A stretch of 64,000 bases of DNA from an uncultured bacterium (GCA_937900255.1 CALCDZ010000002.1:9655-73654); one strand, 5' to 3'. Numbered from the stretch's first letter, positions 28,036-38,899 are shown. The notes: generated by a model from the letters alone, not told the origin. Program-made: numbers and translations.

Positions 28036-30242
28036 AGCCGTTGGACAAGTTCCTGCTCTACGTCGTCCGCTACGGCCTATTCGCGGTCTTCGCGCTGCCT
28101 TTCGTGGTCTGGTTGAGTCACCTGTACCCATGGGTGACCGGTAAGGTCTTCAGTTTCGTGATCCTCGTCGAAGTCCTGTTTCCTGCCTACGTCTTGCTGG
28201 CACTGCGCCGCCGGGAGTTCCGCCCTTCCAGGAATCCGCTTCTTTACGCGCTTCTTGCCTACTTCGCGGTAGAGACGCTTTCGATGCTCCTGGGCGATAA
28301 TGCGCATCGCAGTCTCTGGTCGAAACCGGATCGGCTGACGGGCCTGTTCTTCCAGTATCACCTCCTCGCGTTCTTCCTCATGGCCGGAGCCGTCTGGCGG
28401 AAGGTGATGGTCCAGCCGATCGTCGCGTCGATCGTCACCGCCGTCCTCCTTTCGCTCCAGGCGCTCCACCAGGTCTTCTCGCCTGCGCCCGGGTCCGACG
28501 GTCGTGGCTCGGCGACGCTCGGTAATCCGGATTATCTCGGACAATATCTCGTGCCGCACCTGTTCCTGTGCGGCTGGTTGATCCGGCGGCACTGGAAGAC
28601 GTCGCTGCGATGGCTGTGGACGGGCGCCGGCGCGCTTATCCTGGCAGGCATCGTCTCCGCCCAATCGAAAGGTGCGCTTGTCGGCGTCGCGATCGGCATC
28701 CTGGTCGGAGCGCTTGTCCTGATTTTCCGATCGACCGGCATGGTCCGGAAGGCAGGACTCGCCGGCATGGGGGTGCTGGCGCTTGCCGTCGCGGGCTTCT
28801 TCATCGGCCAGAAGATCCGGCCGGTCAACGTCTGGTTGTATGATCATCGTTTCTCCATCCAGTATCTCCAGGAAACGACGGGGTCCCGGCGGCTGCTCCT
28901 GCAGAACGCCTTGAAAGGCATCGGCCAGCGCCCGATCCTGGGCTGGGGTCCGGAGAATTTCGAGGACGGTTTCTATTTCAACTACGACCCGCACACCCTG
29001 AAGTTCTCGGATTACGAGACCCGTCAGGATCGGCCGCATAACCTGGTGCTGGAACTCCTGCACAACCTTGGCGCGATCGGTTTCCTCGCGTATGCGCTCG
29101 TCCTCGTCTCCGCCGCGCGCCTGGCCCTGAAGAAAGGACGTCCGGAAATGGCGGCAGGCGTCATCCTGATCGTGGCTGCCGTCTCGCAGGTCGCCACCGA
29201 TCTCTTCATCTTCGAGACGCCGATGTCGTATATGGCGCTCTTCCTCATGTTCTCGCTGATCGCGGCCGATGCGGGAGAACGGGAGGCGTGGGAAGAAGGC
29301 GGCGATGAGACTTCCGCCGCATCCGTACCGCTCTTCGTCCTGGCCGCGGCGCTTTCGGGCTGGTGCCTGATCGGCATCGTGTCCGGCACGATCGCTTCCA
29401 CGCGCCTGACGGCTTCGATGATCGTCGGCCTGCAGGCGCAGGGGGCCTCCGACCAGGACAAGGCCGATCAGCTGAAGGCGGAACTGTCCGGCCTCCGCAA
29501 GCTGAAGACGCCTTACTATGAACGCGACATCCGCGCGCTCAGTTCGCATCTCAGCCGCGCTCGCGGCGAATATCTGGAAGGTCCCCTCAAGCCGATCCTG
29601 ATCGAGACGGCGGAGGAGGAATACGGGCTGCTTCAGCGCAACCGCACGGATTACGTGCACGCGCTCGTCACGGCCGTGGCCTACCTGAGCTTCCATCCGC
29701 GCACGGACGCGCAGCAGGCCGCGCTTGAGGATTCCGCGTCGCTTGCATCCAAGCTTTCCCCGAACCGCCAGGAGGTCGAGGAGATCCTGGCCCAGATCGC
29801 TTGGGAAAAAGGCGACCTTCCCGCATCCGAGGCGCATATCCGCCGGATCAAGGATCTCGACCCCGAACTGCCGATCGGCGACGCCTGGCGGATCAGGTGG
29901 CAACTGGAGTTCGGCGATCCCAAAGAGGCCGTCAAGGCGCTTTCGGGGCGACCAGAAATCGCGCAGGATACGACGGCATGGAATCAGGTCGAATACGGCA
30001 CGCTTCATCTGCTCACGCAGAAGCGTTGGCAAAGCCTTGCGGCATTGCAAGAGGCGTCCGCAGCCGCCGGGGTGCGCAACGTCCAGTGGGACCTGACCGG
30101 TGCGATCGCCTATTGGGCGGAAGGCCAGAAGACCAAGAGCGATGCGCTCATCGCCGAGTGCCGGAAGCGCTATCCGGACAAGCTTGACCTGATCACTTCG
30201 ATCGAGACGAATCGAGCCCAAATCGTCGCGACCGGCGCATGA
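28017..30242 (+). CDS. O-antigen ligase/Wzy_C-family membrane protein with C-terminal TPR-like region
   Basis: ATLGNPDY, RPILGWGPENF, DRPHNLVLE; many TM segments then a helical soluble tail. Confidence 0.85.
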   Translation: MPTVEMKPLDKFLLYVVRYGLFAVFALPFVVWLSHLYPWVTGKVFSFVILVEVLFPAYVLLALRRREFRPSRNPLLYALLAYFAVETLSMLLGDNAHRSLWSKPDRLTGLFFQYHLLAFFLMAGAVWRKVMVQPIVASIVTAVLLSLQALHQVFSPAPGSDGRGSATLGNPDYLGQYLVPHLFLCGWLIRRHWKTSLRWLWTGAGALILAGIVSAQSKGALVGVAIGILVGALVLIFRSTGMVRKAGLAGMGVLALAVAGFFIGQKIRPVNVWLYDHRFSIQYLQETTGSRRLLLQNALKGIGQRPILGWGPENFEDGFYFNYDPHTLKFSDYETRQDRPHNLVLELLHNLGAIGFLAYALVLVSAARLALKKGRPEMAAGVILIVAAVSQVATDLFIFETPMSYMALFLMFSLIAADAGEREAWEEGGDETSAASVPLFVLAAALSGWCLIGIVSGTIASTRLTASMIVGLQAQGASDQDKADQLKAELSGLRKLKTPYYERDIRALSSHLSRARGEYLEGPLKPILIETAEEEYGLLQRNRTDYVHALVTAVAYLSFHPRTDAQQAALEDSASLASKLSPNRQEVEEILAQIAWEKGDLPASEAHIRRIKDLDPELPIGDAWRIRWQLEFGDPKEAVKALSGRPEIAQDTTAWNQVEYGTLHLLTQKRWQSLAALQEASAAAGVRNVQWDLTGAIAYWAEGQKTKSDALIAECRKRYPDKLDLITSIETNRAQIVATGA

Positions 30243-31383
30243 GGTCCTGGTAGAGCTCCAGGGTGCTCGCGACCATGGATGAACCGGAGCGGCGTTCCGC
30301 GATGCGCGGGGCGCCGCTTTTCAGTTTTTGGGACAGGTCCTGACCGGCCAGGACGGAACGGATGGCGGAGACGAGCCTTTCGCGGTCGGCGGGCGGTATG
30401 AGAAGCCCCGTTTCCCCGTCCTCGATCAGTTCCGGCAGCGCGCCGACGCGGGTGGCGATGATCGGCACGCCGGCGAGCGAGGCTTCCAGGATCGCCCATG
30501 GCAAGCCTTCTTTCGTGGAGGGGAGGATGAAGAGGTCGAACGCCTTGAGTAGCCGGGCGGCGTCGGGCAGGGCGCCAGGCAGGCAGATGCGCGCGCGGTG
30601 GGCGAGGCCGGAACGGCGCGCCAGGAGTTCCGGCATCTTCGGGCCGTCTCCGATGACGACGAGATCGACATCAGGAAATTCTCCGGCGACCGCGTCGAAC
30701 GCTTCGAGCAGCATCGGAAGATTCTTTGCGGGATAGCTGTTGGCGATCGTGCCGATGATCCGTTCGAAGGCCGGCACCCCGCAAGCCTTGGAAAGTTCCG
30801 TAAGCGCGGCATCCCGTCCAAGGAAGGCGATCTCGTCCGGATCGATGCCGAGCGGAATGAGGTGCAGTCGAGCCGGAACGGAAAGATCCTTGTCCAGCGC
30901 GACGGCGCGTTCGGTCTCGGTCAATACGATGGTAGCGGAGCGCCAGAGCGACGCCAGCTTTTCGCTCGCGAGCATGAGCAGTCGGAACGGGAAAGGTCTC
31001 CGCTCCAAGAAACCCCAGCCATGGGCGGTGAAGATCAGGGCGGGACGTCGCTTCGAGAGCCGGACGGCCAAGGCTGCGATCAGGCCGGCCTTGCTGCTGT
31101 TGGAGTGAATCAGGGCGTACCCCTCCCGATCGATCATCTTTCGGACGGCGTTGACCGCTTTCAGGTCGTTCCATGGCGAGATCGGGCGGCGCAACGCCGG
31201 AATCTCGAAGGTCCGGATGCCGTTCGGAAGCGCCTTGAAAAGCTCGGATCGCGCAGAGGATCCGGCTGCGACCGTCACGTCGAATCCGGAACGCGCGGCG
31301 GCGGCCAGGCGCGCGACATAGCGCTCGGCGCCTCCCCAGGCCGAGGAGGTGATGAGATACAGGAGTTTCGGCTTGGCATCCAT
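30193..31383 (-). CDS. GT4 glycosyltransferase
   Basis: WGGAERY, HSNSSKAG, EGLPWAILEA. Confidence 0.92.
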   Translation of the reverse strand: MDAKPKLLYLITSSAWGGAERYVARLAAAARSGFDVTVAAGSSARSELFKALPNGIRTFEIPALRRPISPWNDLKAVNAVRKMIDREGYALIHSNSSKAGLIAALAVRLSKRRPALIFTAHGWGFLERRPFPFRLLMLASEKLASLWRSATIVLTETERAVALDKDLSVPARLHLIPLGIDPDEIAFLGRDAALTELSKACGVPAFERIIGTIANSYPAKNLPMLLEAFDAVAGEFPDVDLVVIGDGPKMPELLARRSGLAHRARICLPGALPDAARLLKAFDLFILPSTKEGLPWAILEASLAGVPIIATRVGALPELIEDGETGLLIPPADRERLVSAIRSVLAGQDLSQKLKSGAPRIAERRSGSSMVASTLELYQDLMRRSRRFGLDSSRSK

Positions 31384-31424
31384 ATTTGCCGCAGGAAAGC
31401 GCAGCAGCTACACTATAGCATGAC

Positions 31425-33650
31425 ATGAAAGTCGTCTTCGCCACCGGAATCTTCCCGCCCGACATCGGCGGACCGGCCGCCTCGGTCCCGTTGTTGGCGG
31501 AAGCTTGGAGCGCTCGCGGGCATGAAGTGACGGTCGTGACGTATGCGGACGCGCCGTCGGTCGCCGGAAACGATCCCGCTTATCGCGTCGTCAGGATTTC
31601 CCGCACGCTTCCGGTTTGGAGGCGGTACCCCGCGTTTTTCATGGCGTTGTGGCGCGCCTCGGCAGGGCCTGGCTCGATCTTCGCCCAGGACGGCGTCGCT
31701 TCCGGGGTGCCGGCGTTGATCGTCTCCCGTCTGCGCCGTCGGCGCCTGATCGTCAGGATCGCCGGAGATTTCGCGTGGGAGCGCGCGCAGGTGGCGCATG
31801 GGTACCGGGAATCGCTTGAGACGTTCCAGCGGGACCGGCGGCTCCCGCTCGGTCTCAGGGTCATCCGAGCGCTACAGCGTTCCGTCTTCCGGCACGCTCA
31901 CCTCGCGGTCGCGCCGAGCCGCTATCTTGCGGATGTGCTGCGCGGTTGGGGGGTGGGCGAGAACCGGATCCGCGTCATCCACAACGGGGTCGTCCTGCCG
32001 GACGTCATCCCTGCACACGGCACTCATCCTCGACGCATCGTCGCGTCCGCCCGGCTCGTGCCATGGAAGAACATCGACGTGCTCATCAAGGCGATGCCGG
32101 GCGTCCTGGCACGCGTGCCGGACGCGACCCTGCTGATCGTCGGAGACGGACCGGAACGGGAACGCCTCGAGGCACTCTCCGCGGCGCCGATGCTGAAAGG
32201 GAAGGTTTCCTTCGCCGGACGGATGGAGCGGAAGGATCTTCTTACGATCATCGCCGAAAGCGCGGTCTTCGCTTTGCCGAGTTCCTACGAGGGCTTTTCT
32301 CACCAGTTGGTGGAGGCGTTCGCCTGCGGAGCCGCCGTCGTCGCCAGCCGCGCCGGCGGCAATACGGAACTGGTCGCGGATGGCAAGAACGGTCTTTTGG
32401 TCGAACCTGGCGACGTCGTCGGGCTCTCGAAGGCCCTCATCCGCTTCCTTGAGGAGCCGGCTTTCGCTGAAGCCTGCGGACGGGAAGCGGCGAAGGGGCT
32501 TGCCGGTTTTACGGTCGATACGCAAATCGCCCGGACGACCGAGGCGGTCTTGGGCCGGCCCGGATTGCGCGTGGTGCTCGTGAGCCGCGACGGCACGGCG
32601 GCGGATCCTTCTTCGCGGACGGCGGCGCGCATGCGCGCCTATGGGGAGCGGGTCGACTTCCTGCATGTGGTCTGTCTCGCGAGACAGGAGCCGTCCTCCA
32701 TGCGGCTTTCGCCGCGCGTGCAGGTGGATGTCGTGGATGCGCGCACGGCGCTCCGTCATCCTTTGGCGCTGACCGGCGCCGTGAAAGATGCCGCCATTGC
32801 CTCGCAAGCGTCGCTCGTCGTCGCGCAGGACCCGTTCGAGGCCGGCGTATCCGCAGCTGCGGCCGCTTGGTCCGTCGGCGTGCCGCTCCTCGTCGAGGAG
32901 CATGGCGGCGTCTACCTTTCCCCGCATTGGAGACGGGAAAAGATCAAACATCGTCTGCTGCATCCGCTGGGACTCCTGGTCATGGGCCGCGCGGCCGGCC
33001 TGCGCGCCGTGAGCGCCAAGATCGAGGCCGACCTGCGCCGTCGCTGGCCGAAGATGCCGATCGCGCGCATCCCCGTCTATACCGAGCCGATCGCGTGCTA
33101 TCGCGAAGGCGCGCCGTACGTCTTCGGATACGTCGGGCGCTTCGTGCCGCAGAAAAAACTTGAGATGCTCCTTTCGGCTTTCGCTTCCGTCGTCCGTACC
33201 CGTCCAGAAGCGCGCCTTCTCATGGTCGGCGCCGGTCCTTCGGAAGCGGCATTGCGCGCCGAAGCGGAAGCGCTCGGTATCGGCGATCATGTGACGTGGC
33301 GGCCGTACAGCGAGCGCATCGTCGACGTCTTCAAGGAAATCGGCACCTTGGTCCTCTCGTCCCGGTACGAGGGCTGGGCGCGCGTCGTGCCTGAGGCGAT
33401 GTCCTGCGGCATTCCCGTGGTGATGACGGACGTCGGCTGCGCCGGCGAACTCCTGCGTAACGGCGTCGAAGGCTACGTGACCCCGATCGACGACGCGGGC
33501 ATCTTGGCTCAAGCCATGCTCAAGATCTCCGATCCGCACCAGCATGCGCTCATGAGCGCGGCCGCCAGGCGCCGCTCGGAAACTTCCGCGACGCCCGAAG
33601 ACCTGGCCGGGCGCCTCATCGGTTTCTGGAAGGAGGTGGCTGGCCTATGA
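31425..33650 (+). CDS. tandem GT4-GT4 glycosyltransferase fusion
   Basis: Two GT-B modules with signatures YEGFSHQLVEA and YEGWARVVPEA. Confidence 0.9.
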   Translation: MKVVFATGIFPPDIGGPAASVPLLAEAWSARGHEVTVVTYADAPSVAGNDPAYRVVRISRTLPVWRRYPAFFMALWRASAGPGSIFAQDGVASGVPALIVSRLRRRRLIVRIAGDFAWERAQVAHGYRESLETFQRDRRLPLGLRVIRALQRSVFRHAHLAVAPSRYLADVLRGWGVGENRIRVIHNGVVLPDVIPAHGTHPRRIVASARLVPWKNIDVLIKAMPGVLARVPDATLLIVGDGPERERLEALSAAPMLKGKVSFAGRMERKDLLTIIAESAVFALPSSYEGFSHQLVEAFACGAAVVASRAGGNTELVADGKNGLLVEPGDVVGLSKALIRFLEEPAFAEACGREAAKGLAGFTVDTQIARTTEAVLGRPGLRVVLVSRDGTAADPSSRTAARMRAYGERVDFLHVVCLARQEPSSMRLSPRVQVDVVDARTALRHPLALTGAVKDAAIASQASLVVAQDPFEAGVSAAAAAWSVGVPLLVEEHGGVYLSPHWRREKIKHRLLHPLGLLVMGRAAGLRAVSAKIEADLRRRWPKMPIARIPVYTEPIACYREGAPYVFGYVGRFVPQKKLEMLLSAFASVVRTRPEARLLMVGAGPSEAALRAEAEALGIGDHVTWRPYSERIVDVFKEIGTLVLSSRYEGWARVVPEAMSCGIPVVMTDVGCAGELLRNGVEGYVTPIDDAGILAQAMLKISDPHQHALMSAAARRRSETSATPEDLAGRLIGFWKEVAGL

Positions 33651-34693
33651 GGATACTCGTCGTCACGCAGGCCGTCGACGCGGATTCCTCCACGCTCGGC
33701 TTTTTCGTGGAATGGCTCCGCGAGTTTTCGGGGCGCTGCGAGCGCGTGGACGTCATCGCGCTTTCGGTCGGACGGCATGACTTGCCCGCGAACGTCCGCG
33801 TCGTCTCGATGGGTAAGGAACGTGGCATCGGCAGGCTGGGACGCCTGCTGGCATATTGGAGGCATCTTCTGAAGCTCTTGCCGGAAACGGACGGTGTCTT
33901 CATCCATATGTGCCCGGAGTACCTGCTCGCAGGATGGCCGCTTCTCGTTTTCAGGCGCTTGCCGACCGTATTTTGGTACGCGCATCGTTCCAGGAACCTT
34001 CTCGCACGCGCGGCGATGCCGCTCGCCACCCATCTGGCGACGAGCGTTCCCGGAGCCGTCACGCTTGCTGCGGCCAACATCCGGTTCCTTGGGCAGGGGA
34101 TACCGACGGAGCTGTTCCGTCCGCTCCCGCTCCTCGTCGGGTCTCCGTTCAGGCTCGTGGTCGTGGGCCGCATCACGCCTATCAAGCGGCTCGATCTGCT
34201 GATCGACGCCCTGGCCCTTTTGCGGGGGCGCGGCATCGACGCTGCGCTCGAGTTCTGGGGAGAGCCGGCCGCGGCAGGCGACGCGGCCTATGCCGTTTCG
34301 TTGCGGGAAAGGGCCGTAGCCGCGTCGGTTTCTGGAAGAGTGCGCTTCCTCGGGAGAGTGCCGTTCGCGCGTATGCCGGAAAAATACGGCGGGGTTTCCG
34401 TCGCCTGGAACGCCTGCGCGGATGGTGCCGTCGACAAGGCCGTGCTTGAAGCCATGGCTTGCGCCAGGCCGGTCGTGGTGACGAATCACGTCTTTTCCGG
34501 CACGTTCGGACCGGATGCGGATGCATGTCTGGCCGACGGGACGGCGGAGTCCATCGCGGAAAAAACGGCGAAGATCCTGTCGGGCCCCGGCGGGCTGGCG
34601 CTTGGACTTCGCCTGCGCGAGACGGTCGTGGCCCATCATGGCCTTCCTGGCCTCGTGAACGGCATCATCGATCTGATGGACTCCAAGCGTTAA
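33647..34693 (+). CDS. GT4 glycosyltransferase
   Basis: VGRITPIKR, DKAVLEAMAC. Confidence 0.88.
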   Translation: MRILVVTQAVDADSSTLGFFVEWLREFSGRCERVDVIALSVGRHDLPANVRVVSMGKERGIGRLGRLLAYWRHLLKLLPETDGVFIHMCPEYLLAGWPLLVFRRLPTVFWYAHRSRNLLARAAMPLATHLATSVPGAVTLAAANIRFLGQGIPTELFRPLPLLVGSPFRLVVVGRITPIKRLDLLIDALALLRGRGIDAALEFWGEPAAAGDAAYAVSLRERAVAASVSGRVRFLGRVPFARMPEKYGGVSVAWNACADGAVDKAVLEAMACARPVVVTNHVFSGTFGPDADACLADGTAESIAEKTAKILSGPGGLALGLRLRETVVAHHGLPGLVNGIIDLMDSKR

Positions 34694-35460
34694 CGGCGCA
34701 GAAGGATCCTCCACGGCAACAGGGCGGATTCCAGGATGACGGCCTTGCTGATTTTTGATGTGCCGTGCGTCCGATCCTTGAAGGTGATAGGGAGTTCCTT
34801 CGGCACATATCCTGCCAGCACGGCGGCGAGCTTCGTTTCGACCGCGAAGGCGTATCCGTCGGATTTCGGGTCGGCGGCCATGACCCGTTCAAGCGCGTTC
34901 CGGCTCCAGGCGGCGAAACCGGAGGTGGCGTCATGGATGCGGAACCTGGGATGACGAAGCCTGATGATGGCGCTCGCGTAGAGATTGGCCCAACGGCTCA
35001 GAAGACGCCGGTGCAACGGCCAATCCCGACATGCACCGCCGGAGACGTAGCGCGAACCGATGGCGAATCCCGACTCACGTGCCATCGCCGTCAGCGCTGG
35101 GACCTTTTCCGGTCCGTGGGAGAAGTCGGCGTCCATGCTGACGACTACGTCGTAGCCCGTCTCATGTCTCAATATCCATCGGAAGGCGTCGGTATAGGCC
35201 GTGCCCAGGCCTAATTTCCTCGGACGACGCATCAGCAGGACGCGCATCGGAGCCGAGGAAGCGGCGATTTTTGCGGCCTCGGCCGTGCCGTCAGGGCTGC
35301 CGTCATCGACGATGAGGAGGTCGGCCTCGCTCCGCAGTCCGATCGCTTCGATGAATGCGCGAATGTCCTGGCGCTCGTTGTAGGTAGGCACGACGATAAG
35401 CGCCCTGCCGGCAGAGCGATCGTTCAGCCCTTCCACGGAGATGATACGTTCGGAAATCAT
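34690..35460 (-). CDS. polyprenol-phosphate mannose synthase-like GT2
   Basis: VPTYNE, VDDGSPDGT, KLGLGTAY, MDADFSH, GSRY, DATSGF. Confidence 0.9.
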   Translation of the reverse strand: MISERIISVEGLNDRSAGRALIVVPTYNERQDIRAFIEAIGLRSEADLLIVDDGSPDGTAEAAKIAASSAPMRVLLMRRPRKLGLGTAYTDAFRWILRHETGYDVVVSMDADFSHGPEKVPALTAMARESGFAIGSRYVSGGACRDWPLHRRLLSRWANLYASAIIRLRHPRFRIHDATSGFAAWSRNALERVMAADPKSDGYAFAVETKLAAVLAGYVPKELPITFKDRTHGTSKISKAVILESALLPWRILLRR

Positions 35461-36833
35461 TCGTGCGGAACGTTTTTCTTCGTGCTCCAGGCATCCGATA
35501 GGCGCCAGAAAGCGGAAGCGGCCATGACGGCCATGATCGAATCGAACGGGACGCGATATTTCGTGCCGGGAGTGGTGATGACGTAGGTCAGCGTGAAGGC
35601 CAGCGCCAGAGCGATGAACAAGACCGTCCGCTTGCGCTCCTCCCTGGATTCCAGCGCGACTTCGAGCAGCGAGAGCGTCAGCAGGAACCCGTAGCTCAGC
35701 GCGTAGCCCCAATTCATGAAGCTGTCCGAAAGGATGACGGCACCGTTGCCGCCGACCGCTCCCTTGGGCGGATACATCCATGGGTGCCACAGCAGGAGGA
35801 ACTTCATCCCGAAGAGCCCAGGCAGTTCGGGGGCGTGGGCGCGCATCCAGCCGCGCGCCTTGGCGTACCAGAAGCGGTCCGCTTCCGGTTCGCTGCGGCC
35901 TTGCATGAAGGCACAACCGGATTTCCGGACGCCATCCATCGGCGTCGGGATGCCGTCGGCCGGTTCGGGGGTGGCGTCGATCCAAAGGTCGTTCAGCAGC
36001 ATCCGCATCGCGAGTGGGTTGTAGTCCTTGTGGAAGACGCGGCCTCCATCGGTCGTGAGCGGGACGAACGCGCGGTGGACCGCATAGTTCCGGATGACCC
36101 AGGGCGTCATGACGAGCAGCGCCGAGATCCCCATGACGCATGAGAAGCGAAGCGCTTTCCTGAAGGAGCCCCAGCGCCACCAGAGCCATACGGAGGCCAG
36201 GGGTGCGAAAAAGACCATCGGACCGCTGGTCGCGAGCATCGCCAGGCCGATCCAGAGGCCGTTCAACGCCGCGGTGCCGGTTTTCGGCACGCGTTCCAGG
36301 CGGAGGAGCCCCAGCGTCGCGAGCAGCATCAGGAACGTGAACAGGAAGGTGATGTAGAACTGGGTGTCGTGGTAGAGGTTGTACGGATAGACGGCCATGA
36401 ACAGCGCGCCGAGGAGGCCGACGCGCTTGGAGCGCCATTCCTTGCCGATCAGGTAGACCAGCCAGATGCTGGACAGACCGATCGCCATCTGCGCCAAGCC
36501 GAGCGGCCAGGCATAGCGCGTCGTGCCGAAGACGGCGTAGAAGGGGATGAGGAACAGGATGTAGAGCGGCGCGCGGTACGAGGTCGGGCAATCCCTGGCG
36601 ATGCCCATGCCGTGGCCGGCGACGAAGTTCATCGCTGGGTAGGCGAAGCCCTTCTCGATGCGCGTGGTCAGCTCAGAGTGGAAGGCGAAGAGGAATCCGA
36701 GCCGCAGGATGAGCGCGAGCCCGAGGATGGCGAACAATAGGATATCGGCGTTCCGCTCGACCCGTTCTCCGATCGGCGTATGGCCGTCGCGCATGTCCCT
36801 CCATGCCTCCTGAAGTTTGAGCAGGGGGTGCAT
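35457..36833 (-). CDS. GT-C (ArnT/PMT_2-like) membrane glycosyltransferase
   Basis: YRAPLY, PWVIRNY, KYRVPF; multi-TM; coupled to the GT2. Confidence 0.8.
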   Translation of the reverse strand: MHPLLKLQEAWRDMRDGHTPIGERVERNADILLFAILGLALILRLGFLFAFHSELTTRIEKGFAYPAMNFVAGHGMGIARDCPTSYRAPLYILFLIPFYAVFGTTRYAWPLGLAQMAIGLSSIWLVYLIGKEWRSKRVGLLGALFMAVYPYNLYHDTQFYITFLFTFLMLLATLGLLRLERVPKTGTAALNGLWIGLAMLATSGPMVFFAPLASVWLWWRWGSFRKALRFSCVMGISALLVMTPWVIRNYAVHRAFVPLTTDGGRVFHKDYNPLAMRMLLNDLWIDATPEPADGIPTPMDGVRKSGCAFMQGRSEPEADRFWYAKARGWMRAHAPELPGLFGMKFLLLWHPWMYPPKGAVGGNGAVILSDSFMNWGYALSYGFLLTLSLLEVALESREERKRTVLFIALALAFTLTYVITTPGTKYRVPFDSIMAVMAASAFWRLSDAWSTKKNVPHE

Positions 36834-36903
36834 ATATCAGCATGAGTATATCGGAACAAGTGCGGCTTCGCAACGCCGGAAGACCTGGTATACTGGAGCC
36901 GTT

Positions 36904-37632
36904 ATGCGGAAAATCCTTCGGGAAGCACGGGCGAAAGCGAGGCTTCTCATGGGCGGCAGCCGGTGCCGTCCGACCATCCTCATGTACCACTCGGTCGGCC
37001 GCAACGCCGCCCACTTCAACGTCACCCCCGAGGCTTTCCGCGCCCAAATGGCCTTCCTGAAAGAGCGCGGCTTCGAGGTCGTCACGCTCGACGAGTGCGT
37101 CCGCCGGGCCATGGCGGGGGAGACGGGCAAGATCGTCGCCCTGACCTTCGACGATGGGTATGCGGATTTCCCGAAGGAAGCTTGGCCCGTGCTGAAGCTA
37201 TACGGATATCCGGCCGTCGTTTTCCTGATCACGGGCCTCATGGGCGGGGGCTACACGACTTCGACAGGCGTCACGATCCCGCTCATGACTTGGGACGTGG
37301 CGGAATTCCTGAAAAAGGAGGGCGTCTCCTTTGGGTCGCATACCGTGACGCATGCCGAACTCGACACGCTTGCCGGCGAGGATGTCGCGAAGCAGTTGGT
37401 CGAATCGCGTGTCGATCTGCGCGAACATCTGGATGTGGAAGCGCGCTGGCTGTGCTATCCGCGCGGCAAAGAGTCGCCTGCCGTCCGCGAATCGGCCAGG
37501 TCGGCTGGGTATGTCGGCGCGGTCACGGTCAAGGCGGGGCATCCGGCTCCCGACACCGATACCTACGGCCTTCCTCGCGCGTATGTGCATTCCGAAATGG
37601 GGATGAAAGAATTTGAGGCGTTGTTCGTATGA
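36904..37632 (+). CDS. polysaccharide deacetylase (CE4)
   Basis: ILMYH, LTFDDGY, GSHTVTH, YPRG. Confidence 0.92.
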   Translation: MRKILREARAKARLLMGGSRCRPTILMYHSVGRNAAHFNVTPEAFRAQMAFLKERGFEVVTLDECVRRAMAGETGKIVALTFDDGYADFPKEAWPVLKLYGYPAVVFLITGLMGGGYTTSTGVTIPLMTWDVAEFLKKEGVSFGSHTVTHAELDTLAGEDVAKQLVESRVDLREHLDVEARWLCYPRGKESPAVRESARSAGYVGAVTVKAGHPAPDTDTYGLPRAYVHSEMGMKEFEALFV

Positions 37633-38234
37633 AGACCGTTTACCGGCGCCTGATGAACGCGCGCCTGAGGCCGATCTTGGCGGGCCTGCGCGGCAGGGTA
37701 CTCGACCTGGCTTCCGGCGCGGCGCCTTCTTATCGGGCGTTTTTCAATCCGAGAGCGGAAGCGGTCAATGGCGACGTGAGCGAAGACCAAGGCGTCGAGC
37801 GTATCGATTTCGATGCGCTGCTGCCGTTCGCGGACGCGTCTTTCGACCATGCTCTCTGCATCAATGCGCTGTATATCGCCAAGTACCCGGGTTTTACGCT
37901 TGGGGAACTGCGGCGCGTCACACGTGCCGGCGGGACGCTCACGGTCGCGGTGCCGTTCGTCTTTCCGGAAGCGCCCGAACCGCACGACTACGCCCGTTGG
38001 ACATCGGAAGGTTTGAGGTCATTGCTGGTCGCTGCGGGCTTCCATGACGTGGCGATAGTCCCGTTCGGCGGGCATTTCACCTCCGCCCTGTTCATCGTCG
38101 AGCCGTTCATGGTCTTCCGGCCGCTGAAATTCCTGGCGCAGGAATCCGCCCTGTTGCTGGACCGCCTCGTCCCGGCGCGCTACCGTGCGGCCAGGCCGTG
38201 CCCGCTCGGGTACGTCGCCATCGCGAAACGCTGA
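37629..38234 (+). CDS. class I SAM-dependent methyltransferase
   Basis: VLDLASG, LPFADASFD, EPHDYARWT. Confidence 0.85.
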   Translation: MKTVYRRLMNARLRPILAGLRGRVLDLASGAAPSYRAFFNPRAEAVNGDVSEDQGVERIDFDALLPFADASFDHALCINALYIAKYPGFTLGELRRVTRAGGTLTVAVPFVFPEAPEPHDYARWTSEGLRSLLVAAGFHDVAIVPFGGHFTSALFIVEPFMVFRPLKFLAQESALLLDRLVPARYRAARPCPLGYVAIAKR

Positions 38235-38236
38235 CT

Positions 38237-38899
38237 ATGACAGACACGATCGAAGGGCTCTTCCAGGAAGGATACTGGGGCTCATGGGACCAAATCGAGA
38301 CGTTCCGGCACCGTGCCGCCGCGCGCCTCGTGCGCCAAGGTCCTGTGCTTGACGTCGGTGCCGGCGACGGCTTCTTTCTCGGCTTGCTGAAGAAGGAACG
38401 CGGCATCGAAGGCAGAGGCATCGATCTCTCCGCGGTGGCCGTCGAGAAAGCCGCAAAGAAAGGGATCGATGTGCGGGTGGCGGACCTCTCGCGCGAAAAA
38501 CTGCCGTTCACCGACGGTTCATCCGCGACGGTCGTCCTGCTCGACGTCCTCGAACATTTTTTCCGGCCTGAACAGCTCCTGGCGGAAGTCGCGCGCGTGA
38601 CCTCCTCGGACCTCGTCGTCTCGGTGCCGAACTTCTCCTCGCTCCCTGCGCGCCTGCAGGTCCTGCGTGGCCGTGTGCCGGAAAACAATACTCCGCGCAA
38701 AGGGCATGTCTATTGGTTCACATGGGGGAAATTGAGGAAGATGCTCGATGACTCCGGTTTCGAAGTCATCGACGCGCGTTTCAACGCGAATTTCGAACGG
38801 CTCCCGTTCGTTGGCGGGGTGTTCCGACAGCTGGCCGCCCGCTTTCCGTCCCTCTTCGCCCTTTCATTCGTGGTCTTGGCACGCAAGCGGGCCGTATGA
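38237..38899 (+). CDS. class I SAM-dependent methyltransferase (MetW-like)
   Basis: VLDVGAGDG, DVLEH, VSVPN. Confidence 0.88.
   Translation: MTDTIEGLFQEGYWGSWDQIETFRHRAAARLVRQGPVLDVGAGDGFFLGLLKKERGIEGRGIDLSAVAVEKAAKKGIDVRVADLSREKLPFTDGSSATVVLLDVLEHFFRPEQLLAEVARVTSSDLVVSVPNFSSLPARLQVLRGRVPENNTPRKGHVYWFTWGKLRKMLDDSGFEVIDARFNANFERLPFVGGVFRQLAARFPSLFALSFVVLARKRAV

Noticed and set aside
30193-30242. Convergent 3' overlaps (also 34690-34693)
   Set aside because: Common in compact genomes; no further signal
34690-36591. 633-aa ORF as one protein
   Set aside because: Only 34690..35460 encodes the GT2; the upstream part is an off-frame overlap with the GT-C gene
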